Source: Burkholderiales bacterium (lineage in GTDB: Bacteria > Pseudomonadota > Gammaproteobacteria > Burkholderiales > SG8-39). Taken from it: a stretch of 64,000 bases of DNA. The stretch spans positions 892 through 64,891 of the forward strand of contig DASRFB010000124.1 of the NCBI GenBank assembly GCA_035651815.1, given 5' to 3'. A model generated the notes under the pieces. That model saw nothing but the letters and a program-made list of their open reading frames with translations, was not told the origin of the DNA and did no database searches. Each line of letters opens with the position of its first letter. Positions within the stretch are counted from its first letter, which is position 1. Positions 20,166 through 30,212 of the stretch are shown here, in pieces. The translations under genes were made by a program, and so were the position numbers.

Positions 20166-22439
20166 TCAGTCAAAAGGCTGCGCCGGCTGGTCGGGCGCCG
20201 GAGGCGCGCCGAGGGTCTGGTAGCCCGGGACGTTTCGCTTCAGCGCTTCGAGCGGATTCGACCCGATGCGGGAGAAGCCGTTCAGCTCCAGCTGGAGAAA
20301 CAGCGTGCTCGTCGATGAGCCCGCGGTCAGGGCGAAATGCTGGATCACGACGCGCGATATCCAGCAACCCGCATTGTATTCGATCCCGGCCAGCGCTTCG
20401 ACGATTCTCTTGTCGCTCGTCGAGTAGTTGAAGCGCCCGACGCCGTACCAGCCGCGCCCCAGCGGCCATTGCGAGGAGATGTCGACCTGCGCGATCTGGT
20501 CGCGCAGGTAGCGGTAGCTGAAATTCACCGTATGCAGCGGACTGGGCTGATAGCGGCCCGAGAGCGTGAGGCGCTCGGTCCGTGCGTCGCGCGGGTTGTA
20601 CTGCTCGGACGCCTCGACCGTCCAGTCGCGCGACGCGCGCCCGGAGACCGAGGCGAGGTAATCGGAGCTGTGATAAGTGCGCGGCGTGTCGGTCGGGTTG
20701 AGCGTCACGCGCTGGTTCTCGAAGTAGTAGCGCTGGGCGATGGTCGCGCGCAGCGCCTCCTGGCCGCTCGCGCCGACCAGCATGCGCGAGGTGAGCCCGA
20801 GCGTAAGCTGGTTCGCGTCGTTGATGCGGTCGCCGCCCGCGAACGCGTTCTCGGAGAAGATCTGCGCGTAGTTGAAGTCCGCGACGGCGGTATCGAAGAG
20901 CGGAATGTTGTTCTGGTCACGGAACGGCACGTACAGGTAGTACGCGCGCGGCTCGAGCGTCTGCGTGAACGACTGGCCGCGCCACTGCGTGTCCCGCTCG
21001 AACAGCAGCCCGCTGTCGAGGCTCGCGATCGGCAGCGTGCGGTTGATCGCGCTCGGGACCGAGGGGTCCTGCCGGTTCAGCTCGTACTGCGTGACGTGGA
21101 GGCCGATCTTGGGCGTGATGTACGACGAAGGGCGGATCACCGGCAGCGTGAAGCTCGGATACGCGATCGTCCGCGTTCCGACCACGTTGCTGGGATGGCT
21201 GAAGTCGACGAACTCGCCCGACATCCCGAAGTCGACGCCGCCGGGCAAATCCTGGCGCACCGCGGACAGCGCCAGCTGCGGCCGCCGTGCGTAGGGAATC
21301 GGCACCGGGTTTTCGGGATCGGTCTGCAGCGTCTGGTAGCTCTGCACACGCCCCGTGAGGCTGTAGCCGCCGGTCCCTGCCCAGGCGCCGCCATAGGTCA
21401 GAAACCCCTCGCGGATGAGGTTCACCTGCGACGTGATATTGATGCGGCTCGCGAGATCGATGAAGTAGAAGTCGTCGGAGACCTTGTTGAGGTTGAGGCC
21501 GCCCGTCACCGGGCCGTTGCGGTACGTGTGCACGAAGGTCTGCGCCGAGCGCGTCTCTCCCCCGCGCGCCTGGTCGTTCGGCAGCACCTCGCCGCGGTAC
21601 TCGCCGAAAAAAGTCGGCTCCAGGTAGCGAACCTCGGTGGCGAGCTGCAGACCCCGCTTCGCCATTTCCCGGGGGGTCAGCGTCGCATCGTAGTTCGGGG
21701 CGAGGTTGAAGTAATACGGCGTCGAGAATTCCGCGCCGCTCTTGCCGGTGGTCCCGACGTGCGGAGGCAGGAAGCCCGACTTCCGCTGGTTGTTGAGCGA
21801 GAAATCCAGGTAGGGCGCCGGGATGATCGGGACCCCCTTGAACACGACCTTGCCCCCGCGCGCCGTGCCGACCTGGCGCGTGTAGTCGAGATCGAGCTCG
21901 CGCGCCTGCACGTACCAGTCCTCGTTACCCGGCTTGCACGTCGTGAAGAAGACGTCGTGGACCTTGAAGCGGTCCTCGCCCAGAAAGTCGATCGACGAGG
22001 CTTTCCCGCGCGCCTCGACTCCCGCCACCCCGGTCTTGCTTCGCGGCGCGAGCGTGAAATCGGGACGATCGAAGGACCCGGTGCCGCTGCTCATGTTGTA
22101 CTTGAGCGAGGGTCCGGTGATCACGTCTCCCGTGCGCTCGATGCGCACGTTGCCGACGGCCTCCACGTCCTCGCGCTGCTGGAAATAGCGCAGCGAGTCC
22201 GCCTCGACGTTGGTGTCGCCCTTGCGCAGCTCGGCGCTGCCCTCGGCGCGCGCCTCGTCGCCCTGGGTACCTTCGAGTCGATCGGCGAAGATGAACGTCG
22301 GCACGAGCGCCGTCGACGAAGGCGGACCGACCCACGTGCGCTGCAGCTTGAGCTTCAGCCCGAGGTCCTGTGCGCACACGCCCGCGGGCGCCAGCGCGAT
22401 CGTCGCCGCCGCCAGCCAGCGGGCTCCGGAAAAACTCAT
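20166..22439 (-). CDS. lptD: LPS-assembly outer-membrane protein LptD
   Basis: About 757 aa from MSFSGARWLAAATIALAPAGVCAQ (signal peptide). OstA N-terminal domain plus a large beta-barrel. The maximal ORF extends to 22487. Confidence 0.92.
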   Translation of the reverse strand: MSFSGARWLAAATIALAPAGVCAQDLGLKLKLQRTWVGPPSSTALVPTFIFADRLEGTQGDEARAEGSAELRKGDTNVEADSLRYFQQREDVEAVGNVRIERTGDVITGPSLKYNMSSGTGSFDRPDFTLAPRSKTGVAGVEARGKASSIDFLGEDRFKVHDVFFTTCKPGNEDWYVQARELDLDYTRQVGTARGGKVVFKGVPIIPAPYLDFSLNNQRKSGFLPPHVGTTGKSGAEFSTPYYFNLAPNYDATLTPREMAKRGLQLATEVRYLEPTFFGEYRGEVLPNDQARGGETRSAQTFVHTYRNGPVTGGLNLNKVSDDFYFIDLASRINITSQVNLIREGFLTYGGAWAGTGGYSLTGRVQSYQTLQTDPENPVPIPYARRPQLALSAVRQDLPGGVDFGMSGEFVDFSHPSNVVGTRTIAYPSFTLPVIRPSSYITPKIGLHVTQYELNRQDPSVPSAINRTLPIASLDSGLLFERDTQWRGQSFTQTLEPRAYYLYVPFRDQNNIPLFDTAVADFNYAQIFSENAFAGGDRINDANQLTLGLTSRMLVGASGQEALRATIAQRYYFENQRVTLNPTDTPRTYHSSDYLASVSGRASRDWTVEASEQYNPRDARTERLTLSGRYQPSPLHTVNFSYRYLRDQIAQVDISSQWPLGRGWYGVGRFNYSTSDKRIVEALAGIEYNAGCWISRVVIQHFALTAGSSTSTLFLQLELNGFSRIGSNPLEALKRNVPGYQTLGAPPAPDQPAQPFD

Positions 22440-22470
22440 GAAATTCTTGGAATTATCCTCGTGTGCGCGA

Positions 22471-23514
22471 ATGCTAAAATCGCACAAATCGAGAGCGAAG
22501 GCAATTTCGGGACGGCGATTGGATCGGCTAGCGCAGCTGCGTCATTGGCTGGAAGGTGTGCTGGGCACCTCCGGCTTCGATCTCGCGCCCGCGTCGGGAG
22601 ACGCGAGCTTCCGGCGCTACTTCCGGGTCACCCGGTCCTCGGGCGAGACCTTGATCGCGATGGACGCGCCGCCGGAAAAGGAGGACTGCCGTCCTTTTCT
22701 CCACGCCGCAGCCCTGCTCGCGGACGCCGGCGTCCACGTGCCGGCCGTGCATGCGCAGAACCTTGCAGAAGGCTTTCTGCTGCTCTCCGACCTCGGCGGC
22801 ACCACGTACCTGCAGGCGCTCGGCGCGGACAGCGCGGACCGGCTTTACGCAGACGCGATCGCGGCGCTCGTGCGGATCCAGCGCGCGAGCGCCGCGGGAA
22901 AGCTTCCCGAATACGACCGCGAGCTGCTGCTGCGCGAGCTGAAGCTCTTCCCCGACTGGTACGTGGCGCGCCAGCTGGGACGCGAGCTGTCCCCGGCGCA
23001 GCGGACCGTGCTGGACGACGCATTCGAGCTGCTGCTCGAGAACAACCTCGCGCAGCCCCGGGTGTACGTCCACCGCGATTACCACTCGCGCAATCTGATG
23101 GTGTGCCAGCCCTGCCCCGGGATACTGGACTTCCAGGACGCGGTGTACGGGCCGATCACCTACGACCTGGTTTCTCTCCTGCGCGACGCTTACATCGAAT
23201 GGGACGAAGAGCGCGTTCTCGACTGGGCCATCGTGTACTGGGAGGCCGCGCGCAAGGCGGGGCTGCCGGTCGCGGGCGATTTCGCGGCGTTCTACCGCGA
23301 CTTCGAATGGATGGGCGCGCAGCGGCAGCTGAAAGTCATCGGCATCTTCGCGCGCCTTTGCTACCGCGACGGCAAGGAGGGCTATCTCAAGGACCAGCCG
23401 CTCGTCATGCGCTACCTGCGCCGCGCCTGCGAGCGATACCGCGAGCTCGCCCCTCTCGCGCGGCTGCTCGGCGAGCTGCAGGACGAACGGCGCCAGGCGC
23501 GCTACAGCTTCTGA
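22471..23514 (+). CDS. amgK: N-acetylmuramate/N-acetylglucosamine kinase (APH-fold phosphotransferase)
   Basis: Kinase motifs VHRDYHSRNLM and ILDFQDA. Divergent from lptD and followed by murU, as in Pseudomonas. An alternative TTG start at 22519 would leave a lower-GC 79-nt intergenic region. Confidence 0.8.
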   Translation: MLKSHKSRAKAISGRRLDRLAQLRHWLEGVLGTSGFDLAPASGDASFRRYFRVTRSSGETLIAMDAPPEKEDCRPFLHAAALLADAGVHVPAVHAQNLAEGFLLLSDLGGTTYLQALGADSADRLYADAIAALVRIQRASAAGKLPEYDRELLLRELKLFPDWYVARQLGRELSPAQRTVLDDAFELLLENNLAQPRVYVHRDYHSRNLMVCQPCPGILDFQDAVYGPITYDLVSLLRDAYIEWDEERVLDWAIVYWEAARKAGLPVAGDFAAFYRDFEWMGAQRQLKVIGIFARLCYRDGKEGYLKDQPLVMRYLRRACERYRELAPLARLLGELQDERRQARYSF

Positions 23515-23531
23515 GCATCGAGGGTGCATCC

Positions 23532-24197
23532 ATGAAGGCGATGGTTCTCGCGGCCGGGCGCGGCGAGCGCATGCGACCGCTGACCGACACGACGCCGAAG
23601 CCGCTGCTCCAGGTGCGCGGCAAGCCCGTGATCGTCTGGACCATCGAGCGACTGGCGCGCGCGGGGTTCCGCGAGCTGGTGATCAATCATGCTCATCTCG
23701 GACACAAGATCGAGCAATCGCTGGGCGACGGGCGCCGGTTCGGCGTGTCGATACGCTATTCGCCCGAGGCCGAGGCGCTCGAGACCGCGGGCGGCATCGC
23801 CAACGCGCTGCCGCTCCTCGGGTCCGAGCCCTTCGTCGTGGTGAATGGCGACATCTACTGCGACTACGACTGTTCCCGCCTGCGCGCGCGATCCCTCGAC
23901 GGCCGTCTCGCGCACCTCGTTCTCGTGCCGAACCCGGAGCACAATCCCGGCGGCGATTTCGTCCTCGATTCCTCGGAGATCCGGATGGAGGGAGGCCCCA
24001 AGCACACCTTCAGCGGGATCGCGCTGTACCGGCCCGAGCTCTTCCAGGGAGTGCAGCGCGGCTCCAAGGGCCGGATGCTGCCGCTGTGGGTCGAGGCGAT
24101 CGGACAGAGGCGCGTCGGCGGCGAGCTGCACACGGGCGTCTGGCACGACGTCGGGACGCCGCAGCGCCTCGCCGCGCTGAACCAGCCGGGCGCTTGA
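23532..24197 (+). CDS. murU: N-acetylmuramate alpha-1-phosphate uridylyltransferase
   Basis: 221 aa. Nucleotidyltransferase N-terminus MKAMVLAAGRGERMRPLTDTTPKPLL. It is the 3' end of the artefactual 20337..24197 frame. Confidence 0.82.
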   Translation: MKAMVLAAGRGERMRPLTDTTPKPLLQVRGKPVIVWTIERLARAGFRELVINHAHLGHKIEQSLGDGRRFGVSIRYSPEAEALETAGGIANALPLLGSEPFVVVNGDIYCDYDCSRLRARSLDGRLAHLVLVPNPEHNPGGDFVLDSSEIRMEGGPKHTFSGIALYRPELFQGVQRGSKGRMLPLWVEAIGQRRVGGELHTGVWHDVGTPQRLAALNQPGA

Positions 24198-24228
24198 TCC
24201 CGGCCGCCCGGCGGACGACAATTCGACG

Positions 24229-25542
24229 ATGGACGCCGCGACGCATCTCTCCCGGTACGCGGAGCGCCGCCGAGGGTTGAGCCGGCAGATGGGCGCCGGG
24301 GTCGCGGTCGTGCCGACCGCGCCGGAGCGCATCCGCAACCGCGACAGCGACTATCTGTACCGGTTCGACAGCTATTTCTACTATCTGACCGGATTCCCGG
24401 AGCCCGACGCCGTGCTCGTGCTCGTCGCCGGCGAGCAGCCGCGCACGATCCTGTTCTGCCGCGAGCGCAATCCCGAGCGCGAGCTCTGGGACGGATTGCG
24501 CCACGGGCCCGAGGGCGCGAAGGAGGCCTTCGGCGTCGACGAGGCCTACCGGATCACCGAGCTCGACGAGCGGCTGCCCAAGCTGATCGCGGACCAGCCG
24601 GCGCTCTACTATCCGGTCGGAGCCGACGCCGGCTGGGACGCGCGCACGATGGGCTGGCTCAACCAGGTGCGCGCGCTCGCGCGCACCGGCGTCGCGGCGC
24701 CGGCGGCGATCCACGACGTGCGCGTCGCGCTCGACGAGATGCGCCTCTACAAGGACGACGCCGAGCTCGCCGTCATGCGCCGCGCGGGCGCGATCTCGTC
24801 GGCGGCGCACGAGCGCGCGATGCGCGCGGCGCGCCCGGGCCGCTGGGAGTACGAGATCGAGGCCGAGCTCCTGTACGAGTTCCGCAGGCGCGGGGCGCAG
24901 TTCCCCGCGTACTGGCCCATCGTCGCGGGCGGCGCGAACGCCTGCATCCTGCATTACCGCGAGAACAACGCGCAGCTCGCGCAGGGCGACCTGCTGCTGA
25001 TCGACGCGGGCTGCGAGCTCGACGGCTACGCGGCCGACATCACGCGCACCTTCCCGGTCGGCGGACGCTTCACGCCGGCGCAGCGCGAGATCTACGAGCT
25101 CGTGCTCGCCGCGCAGTCGGCCGCCATCGCCGCCGTCGCGCCGGGCGCCCGCTGGAACGCGCCCCACGACGCGGCGGTGCGCGTGCTCGCGCAGGGCTTC
25201 GTCGACCTCGGCCTGTGCGCGGGCGACGTCGGGCACGTGATCGAAAGCGAGGACTACAAGCGCTTCTACATGCATCGCACCGGCCACTGGCTGGGCCTCG
25301 ACGTCCACGACGCGGGCGACTACAAGCGCGGCGGCGAGTGGCGCGCGCTCGAGACCGGCATGGTGCTGACCGTCGAGCCCGGCTGCTACATAAGGCCCGC
25401 CGACAACGTGCCGCAGCGCTACTGGAACATCGGGGTGCGCATCGAGGACGACGTGGCCGTGACGGCTTCGGGCTGCGAGGTCCTCACCGCCGCCGCGCCG
25501 AAGACCGCGGGCGAGCTCGAAGCGCTGATCGGACGTGGCTGA
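24229..25542 (+). CDS. pepP: Xaa-Pro aminopeptidase (M24B)
   Basis: 437 aa. Metal-ligand motifs LLLIDAGCELDGYAADITRT, HRTGHWLGLDVHD, LTVEPGCY, GVRIEDDV. Confidence 0.95.
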   Translation: MDAATHLSRYAERRRGLSRQMGAGVAVVPTAPERIRNRDSDYLYRFDSYFYYLTGFPEPDAVLVLVAGEQPRTILFCRERNPERELWDGLRHGPEGAKEAFGVDEAYRITELDERLPKLIADQPALYYPVGADAGWDARTMGWLNQVRALARTGVAAPAAIHDVRVALDEMRLYKDDAELAVMRRAGAISSAAHERAMRAARPGRWEYEIEAELLYEFRRRGAQFPAYWPIVAGGANACILHYRENNAQLAQGDLLLIDAGCELDGYAADITRTFPVGGRFTPAQREIYELVLAAQSAAIAAVAPGARWNAPHDAAVRVLAQGFVDLGLCAGDVGHVIESEDYKRFYMHRTGHWLGLDVHDAGDYKRGGEWRALETGMVLTVEPGCYIRPADNVPQRYWNIGVRIEDDVAVTASGCEVLTAAAPKTAGELEALIGRG

Positions 25543-26650
25543 GTCCGTCGGCGTCGCCATCGCGGGCGCCGGCCCGATCGGTTGCGCGCTCGCCGCGGCG
25601 CTGCGCGGCGCGCCGTTCGCGGTCGCGCGCCTCGGCGACGAAGCCGCCGCGCGCGATCGACCCATCGCGCTGTCGCACGGCAGCCGCCTGATCCTCGAGC
25701 GACTCGGCCTGTGGAGCGGCGTCCGCGCGACGCCGATCCGCGCGGTGCACGTCTCGCAGCGCGGCGCGCTCGGCCGCACGCTCATGACGGCGCGCGAGCA
25801 CGGCCTCCCCGCGCTCGGCTACGTCGCCTCCTACGCGGACGTTCTCGCTCCGCTCGCCGCCGCAGCGCCCGCCGCGGCGGCCGCGCTCGTGGACTGGACC
25901 CCCGACCGCGACGGCGTGCGCGTCAGGACTCGCGGGAGCGAGGGCGAAATCCGGACCCGCCTGCTGGTGCTCGCCGACGGCGGCGGCGCGGTGCCGATGG
26001 ACCACGCGCGCGAGTACGGCCAGCAAGCGCTCGTCGCCGAAGTACGCCCGGAGCGTCCGCACCGCGGCGTCGCCTGGGAGCGCTTCACCGCGGAAGGGCC
26101 GATCGCGCTGCTTCCCTTCGGCGACGATCTCGCGCTGGTGTGGAGCGCGCCCGCGCCCACGATCCGCCGCCTGCTGCAGATGTCCGAGCCGGAGTTCCTC
26201 GCCGCGCTCGGCGCGAGCTTCGGCGGAAAGCTCGGCGCGTTCACGAGCGTCGGCCAGCGCGGCGCGTTTCCGCTCTCGCTGCGATACCGGACCGAGAGCG
26301 CCGGCGCTAATGTCATCGTCATAGGAAACGCGGCGCAGACCTTGCATCCGGTGGCGGGCCAGGGACTGAACCTGGGCCTGCGCGACGCCTGGGAGCTCGC
26401 CGAGCTGCTGCTCGACACGCCGGCGCACCGGATCGGCGATGCCGGGCTCGTCTCGCGTTTCGTGCGCCGGCGGACCTCGGACCGCCGCGCGGGAATAGCG
26501 GTCACCGACTCGCTGGTGCGCCTGTTCTCCAATGACTGGCCCCTGATCGGCGCCGCGCGCGGCGCCGGATTGCTCGCGTTCGACATTCTGCCCCCGGCGC
26601 GACGCTTTCTGGCGCGGCGAATGATGTTCGGAACGCGCGGTTTGCCTTAG
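25535..26650 (+). CDS. ubiH: UbiH-family FAD-dependent hydroxylase (2-octaprenyl-6-methoxyphenol hydroxylase-like)
   Basis: 371 aa. VAIAGAGPIGCALA, LLVLADGGG, GNAAQTLHPVAGQGLNLGLRD. Directly follows pepP as in E. coli pepP-ubiH. GTG start overlaps the pepP stop by 8 nt. Confidence 0.8.
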   Translation: MAESVGVAIAGAGPIGCALAAALRGAPFAVARLGDEAAARDRPIALSHGSRLILERLGLWSGVRATPIRAVHVSQRGALGRTLMTAREHGLPALGYVASYADVLAPLAAAAPAAAAALVDWTPDRDGVRVRTRGSEGEIRTRLLVLADGGGAVPMDHAREYGQQALVAEVRPERPHRGVAWERFTAEGPIALLPFGDDLALVWSAPAPTIRRLLQMSEPEFLAALGASFGGKLGAFTSVGQRGAFPLSLRYRTESAGANVIVIGNAAQTLHPVAGQGLNLGLRDAWELAELLLDTPAHRIGDAGLVSRFVRRRTSDRRAGIAVTDSLVRLFSNDWPLIGAARGAGLLAFDILPPARRFLARRMMFGTRGLP

Positions 26651-26794
26651 CACAACTCGTTCCGCGATCCAAGATTCCGCCGCTCGCGCACGAGCGAGTC
26701 GCTGCAAGAAAAATGCGCGCCCGGTTCTTCCCTTCGCCCGGAACTTTCGTTATACAATGCCCTCCCCGCCAGAAACTAAACCCGTTTACGCCGA

Positions 26795-27802
26795 ATGCAA
26801 ATCGGGCCGCACCCGCTGCGCAATAATCTGTTCGTCGCGCCGATGGCGGGCGTCACGGACCGGCCGTTCCGCCAGCTATGCAAGCAGTTCGGCGCCGGGC
26901 TCGCGGTGTCCGAGATGGTGGCCTCGAACTCGCTCCTCTGGGGGAGCGAGAAGACGCTGCGCCGGGCGAACCACGACGGGGAGGTCGAACCGATCTCGGT
27001 GCAGATCGCCGGGGCCGATCCGCGGATGATGGCCGATGCCGCGCGCTACAACGTCGAGCAGGGCGCGCAGATCATCGACATCAACATGGGCTGCCCGGCG
27101 AAAAAGGTCTGCAACACGATGGCGGGTTCCGCGCTGCTTCGCGACGAGCCGCTCGTGGGTCACATCCTCGAGGCGGTGGTCGAGGCGGTCGACGTCCCGG
27201 TCACGCTCAAGTTCCGCACCGGCTGGGACAGCGAGAACCGCAACGCGCTCAGGATCGCGCGCATCGCCGAGGACAGCGGCATCCGGCTGCTCTCGCTGCA
27301 CGGACGCACGCGCGCCTGCGGGTTCTCGGGGCATGCCGAGTACGACACCATCCGGGAAGTGAAGCGCTCGACGTCGTTGCCGGTCATCGCCAACGGCGAT
27401 ATCACCACGCCGGAAGAGGCGCGTAACGTTCTCGCGTACACCGGTGCGGACGGCCTCATGATCGGCCGCGCCGCCCAGGGACGCCCGTGGATCTTCCGCG
27501 AGATCGAGCACTATCTCGCCACGGGCGAGCTGCTGCCCGCGCCGCTCGTGTCCGAGATCCACGCCGTCCTGGTCGCGCACCTGCAGGACCTGTACGGCTT
27601 CTACGGGCGCGACAGGGGCGTGAAGATCGCGCGCAAGCACATCTCCTGGTACACCAAGGGGCTGGCCGGTTCGGCGAGCTTCCGTCATCACATGAACCAA
27701 CTTGCGACGTGCGAGGAACAGCTCGACGCGGTGAACCGGTTTTTCGACGGTCTCGCGCACCAGCACCCGCGTCTGCGCTACGAGGAGGAGTTGGCCGCAT
27801 GA
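26795..27802 (+). CDS. dusB: tRNA-dihydrouridine synthase B
   Basis: 335 aa. LFVAPMAGVTDRPFRQLC, IDINMGCPAKKV motifs. Followed by fis. Confidence 0.95.
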   Translation: MQIGPHPLRNNLFVAPMAGVTDRPFRQLCKQFGAGLAVSEMVASNSLLWGSEKTLRRANHDGEVEPISVQIAGADPRMMADAARYNVEQGAQIIDINMGCPAKKVCNTMAGSALLRDEPLVGHILEAVVEAVDVPVTLKFRTGWDSENRNALRIARIAEDSGIRLLSLHGRTRACGFSGHAEYDTIREVKRSTSLPVIANGDITTPEEARNVLAYTGADGLMIGRAAQGRPWIFREIEHYLATGELLPAPLVSEIHAVLVAHLQDLYGFYGRDRGVKIARKHISWYTKGLAGSASFRHHMNQLATCEEQLDAVNRFFDGLAHQHPRLRYEEELAA

Positions 27803-28038
27803 GGCAGACGAACGAAATCGCGGACTGCGTCCGCCGCTCGCTCGAGCGGTACTTCAAGGACCTGGACGGCGCCAAGCCGCGCACCATCTACGACATGGTG
27901 CTGAAGAACGTCGAGCGGCCGATGCTGGAAATCGTCCTCATGCAGGCCGAAGGGAACCAGACGATCGCGGCGGAAATGCTGGGGATCAATCGGAATACCC
28001 TGCGCAAGAAGATCCAGTCGCTCAAGATCAAGGTTTGA
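27799..28038 (+). CDS. fis: DNA-binding protein Fis
   Basis: 79 aa. C-terminal [28 protein letters not shown] overlap with the dusB stop. Confidence 0.92.
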   Translation: MRQTNEIADCVRRSLERYFKDLDGAKPRTIYDMVLKNVERPMLEIVLMQAEGNQTIAAEMLGINRNTLRKKIQSLKIKV

Positions 28039-28057
28039 GGCGCCGGCGTCCGGGCGC

Positions 28058-29623
28058 ATGGAAATTCCCGTCCGACAGGCGCTCATCAGCGTCTCCGACA
28101 AGAACGGCCTCGTTCCCTTCGCGCGCGAGCTCGCGAGTCTCGGCGTGCGCATTCTCTCGACCGGCGGCACGGCGCGCCTGCTCGCGCAGGAAGGCATCGC
28201 GGTCACGGAGGTCGGCGACTACACGGGCTTTCCGGAGATGCTCGACGGCCGCGTGAAGACGCTGCATCCGAAGCTGCACGCCGGTATCCTCGCTCGCCGC
28301 GACGTCCCGGCGCACATGGAAGCGCTGCGCGCGGCCGGCATCGAGCCGATCGATCTGGTCGTGGTCAACCTGTATCCGTTCCGCGAGACGATCGCGAAGC
28401 CGGGATGCGAGCTCGCCGAGGCGATCGAGAACATCGATATCGGCGGTCCGACGATGGTGCGCGCGGCCGCGAAGAACGCGTCCGGCGTCGCCGTCGTCGT
28501 CGATCCCGCGGACTACGCGGGCCTGGTCGCGGAGCTGCGCGCGAGCCGCGGTACGCTGACCGCGGCCACGCGCATGCGGCTCGCGAAGAAGGCCTTCGCG
28601 CACACCGCCGCGTACGATGCGGCGATCAGCAACTACCTGGACGGCGCGGACGACAGCGGCGCGGCGGCGCGCTTCCCCGAGCATCTCACGCTGCAGTTCC
28701 TCAAGCTGCAGGACCTGCGCTACGGCGAGAATCCGCATCAGGCCGCGGCCTTCTACCGCGACGAGCATCCCGTCGCCGGCACGATCGCCTCGGCGACGCA
28801 GCTGCAGGGCAAGGAGCTCTCGTACAACAACATCGCCGACGCCGACGCCGCCTGGGAGTGCGTGAAGACGCTCGACCCGCGCGCCTGCGTGATCGTCAAG
28901 CACGCCAACCCGTGCGGCGCCGCGGTCGCGTCGAACGCGCGCGAGGCGTACGAGCGCGCCTTCGCTACGGACCCGACGTCGGCGTTCGGCGGGATCATCG
29001 CGTTCAACGGCGCGGTCGACGGCGCGACCGCCGAGGCCGTGTGCCGCCAGTTCGCCGAGGTCGTCGTCGCGCCCGGCTACGACGCCGCGGCACGCGCCGC
29101 CTTCGCCACGAAGGCCAACCTGCGGCTGCTCGCGGTTCCCGGCACGGCGTCGCGCACCGGCTGGGACCTGAAGCGCGTCGCGGGCGGGCTGCTGGTGCAG
29201 AGTCCCGACGCGCACGAGCTCGCGGCGGCGGAAATCAAGGCGGTCACGCGCGTCAAGCCGCGCCCCGAGCAGCTCGCCGACCTGTTGTTCGCCTGGCGCG
29301 TCGGCAAGTTCGTGAAATCGAACGCCATCGTCTTCGCGGGCGCGGGACGCACGCTCGGCGTCGGCGCGGGGCAGATGAGCCGGGTGGACAGCGCGCGCAT
29401 CGCCTCCGTCAAGGCGCAGAACGCCGGCCTGTCGCTGCGCGGCTCGGCGGTCGCCTCCGACGCCTTCTTTCCGTTCCGCGACGGCGTCGACGTCGTCGCC
29501 GACGCCGGCGCGACGGCCATCATCCAGCCCGGCGGCAGCGTCCGCGACGACGAGGTCATCGCCGCCGCCGACGAGCGCGGCATCGCCATGGTGTTCACGG
29601 GCGTGCGCCATTTCCGTCACTGA
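28058..29623 (+). CDS. purH: bifunctional AICAR transformylase / IMP cyclohydrolase
   Basis: 521 aa. [10 protein letters not shown]...LSTGGTA (MGS domain), [27 protein letters not shown]-terminus. Confidence 0.97.
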   Translation: MEIPVRQALISVSDKNGLVPFARELASLGVRILSTGGTARLLAQEGIAVTEVGDYTGFPEMLDGRVKTLHPKLHAGILARRDVPAHMEALRAAGIEPIDLVVVNLYPFRETIAKPGCELAEAIENIDIGGPTMVRAAAKNASGVAVVVDPADYAGLVAELRASRGTLTAATRMRLAKKAFAHTAAYDAAISNYLDGADDSGAAARFPEHLTLQFLKLQDLRYGENPHQAAAFYRDEHPVAGTIASATQLQGKELSYNNIADADAAWECVKTLDPRACVIVKHANPCGAAVASNAREAYERAFATDPTSAFGGIIAFNGAVDGATAEAVCRQFAEVVVAPGYDAAARAAFATKANLRLLAVPGTASRTGWDLKRVAGGLLVQSPDAHELAAAEIKAVTRVKPRPEQLADLLFAWRVGKFVKSNAIVFAGAGRTLGVGAGQMSRVDSARIASVKAQNAGLSLRGSAVASDAFFPFRDGVDVVADAGATAIIQPGGSVRDDEVIAAADERGIAMVFTGVRHFRH

Positions 29624-29627
29624 AAGC

Positions 29628-30212
29628 ATGGCGCGTTCCGTCCCTTCGCTCCTGCTCGCCGCCGTTCTCGCCTGCGCGGCCGTGCCGGCGCGCGCGTTCG
29701 ATCTGCCCGACCCGTGCTCCTGGAGCCTGATCCGCTCGAACTGCGAGGGCGCGAAGCGCGCCTGGGACAGCGACGGCTACGACGTTTATGTCTCGGGCCA
29801 CGTGCACCATGGCCGCAGCACCTACGCGCCGGAGAAGATCAAGACGCTCAACGAGCGTGCCTGGGGCAGCGGCATCGGCAAGCGCTACACCGACGCCGAC
29901 GACGATACGCACCTCCTGTACGCGCTCGCGTTCAAGGACTCGCATTTCAAGGCCGAGTACATGGTGGGCTACGGGTGGCTCACGTACTGGTCTCCCTTCG
30001 ACGGCGGCCCGCGCCTCGGAGCGGGGTTCGCCGGCTTCATCACGCTGCGCTCGGACTACGCGCATTATGTGGCGCCGGTGCCCGGCATCCTGCCGCTCGG
30101 AGAGATCGCCTGGGGCCGCGCGTCGCTGATGGCCACGTACGTGCCGCGTCTGTCCGGCAAGGGCGGCAACGGCGATGTGCTCATGATCTTCGGGAGGGTC
30201 TCCTTCCCGTGA
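29628..30212 (+). CDS. pagP: lipid A palmitoyltransferase PagP (outer-membrane beta-barrel)
   Basis: 194 aa with a signal peptide ending ARA/FD. Aligns to E. coli PagP: catalytic His context ([10 protein letters not shown]), [10 protein letters not shown], Asp-Ser pair in [13 protein letters not shown]-terminal ...FGRVSFP. Confidence 0.8.
   Translation: MARSVPSLLLAAVLACAAVPARAFDLPDPCSWSLIRSNCEGAKRAWDSDGYDVYVSGHVHHGRSTYAPEKIKTLNERAWGSGIGKRYTDADDDTHLLYALAFKDSHFKAEYMVGYGWLTYWSPFDGGPRLGAGFAGFITLRSDYAHYVAPVPGILPLGEIAWGRASLMATYVPRLSGKGGNGDVLMIFGRVSFP

Noticed and set aside
20337-24197. 1286-aa plus-strand ORF, the longest in the track.
   Set aside because: Only the last 221 codons (murU, from ATG 23532) look real. 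The rest runs antisense to lptD and out of frame through amgK. It is an Arg/Ala/Gly/Pro-rich low-complexity translation typical of stop-free shadow frames in high-G+C DNA.
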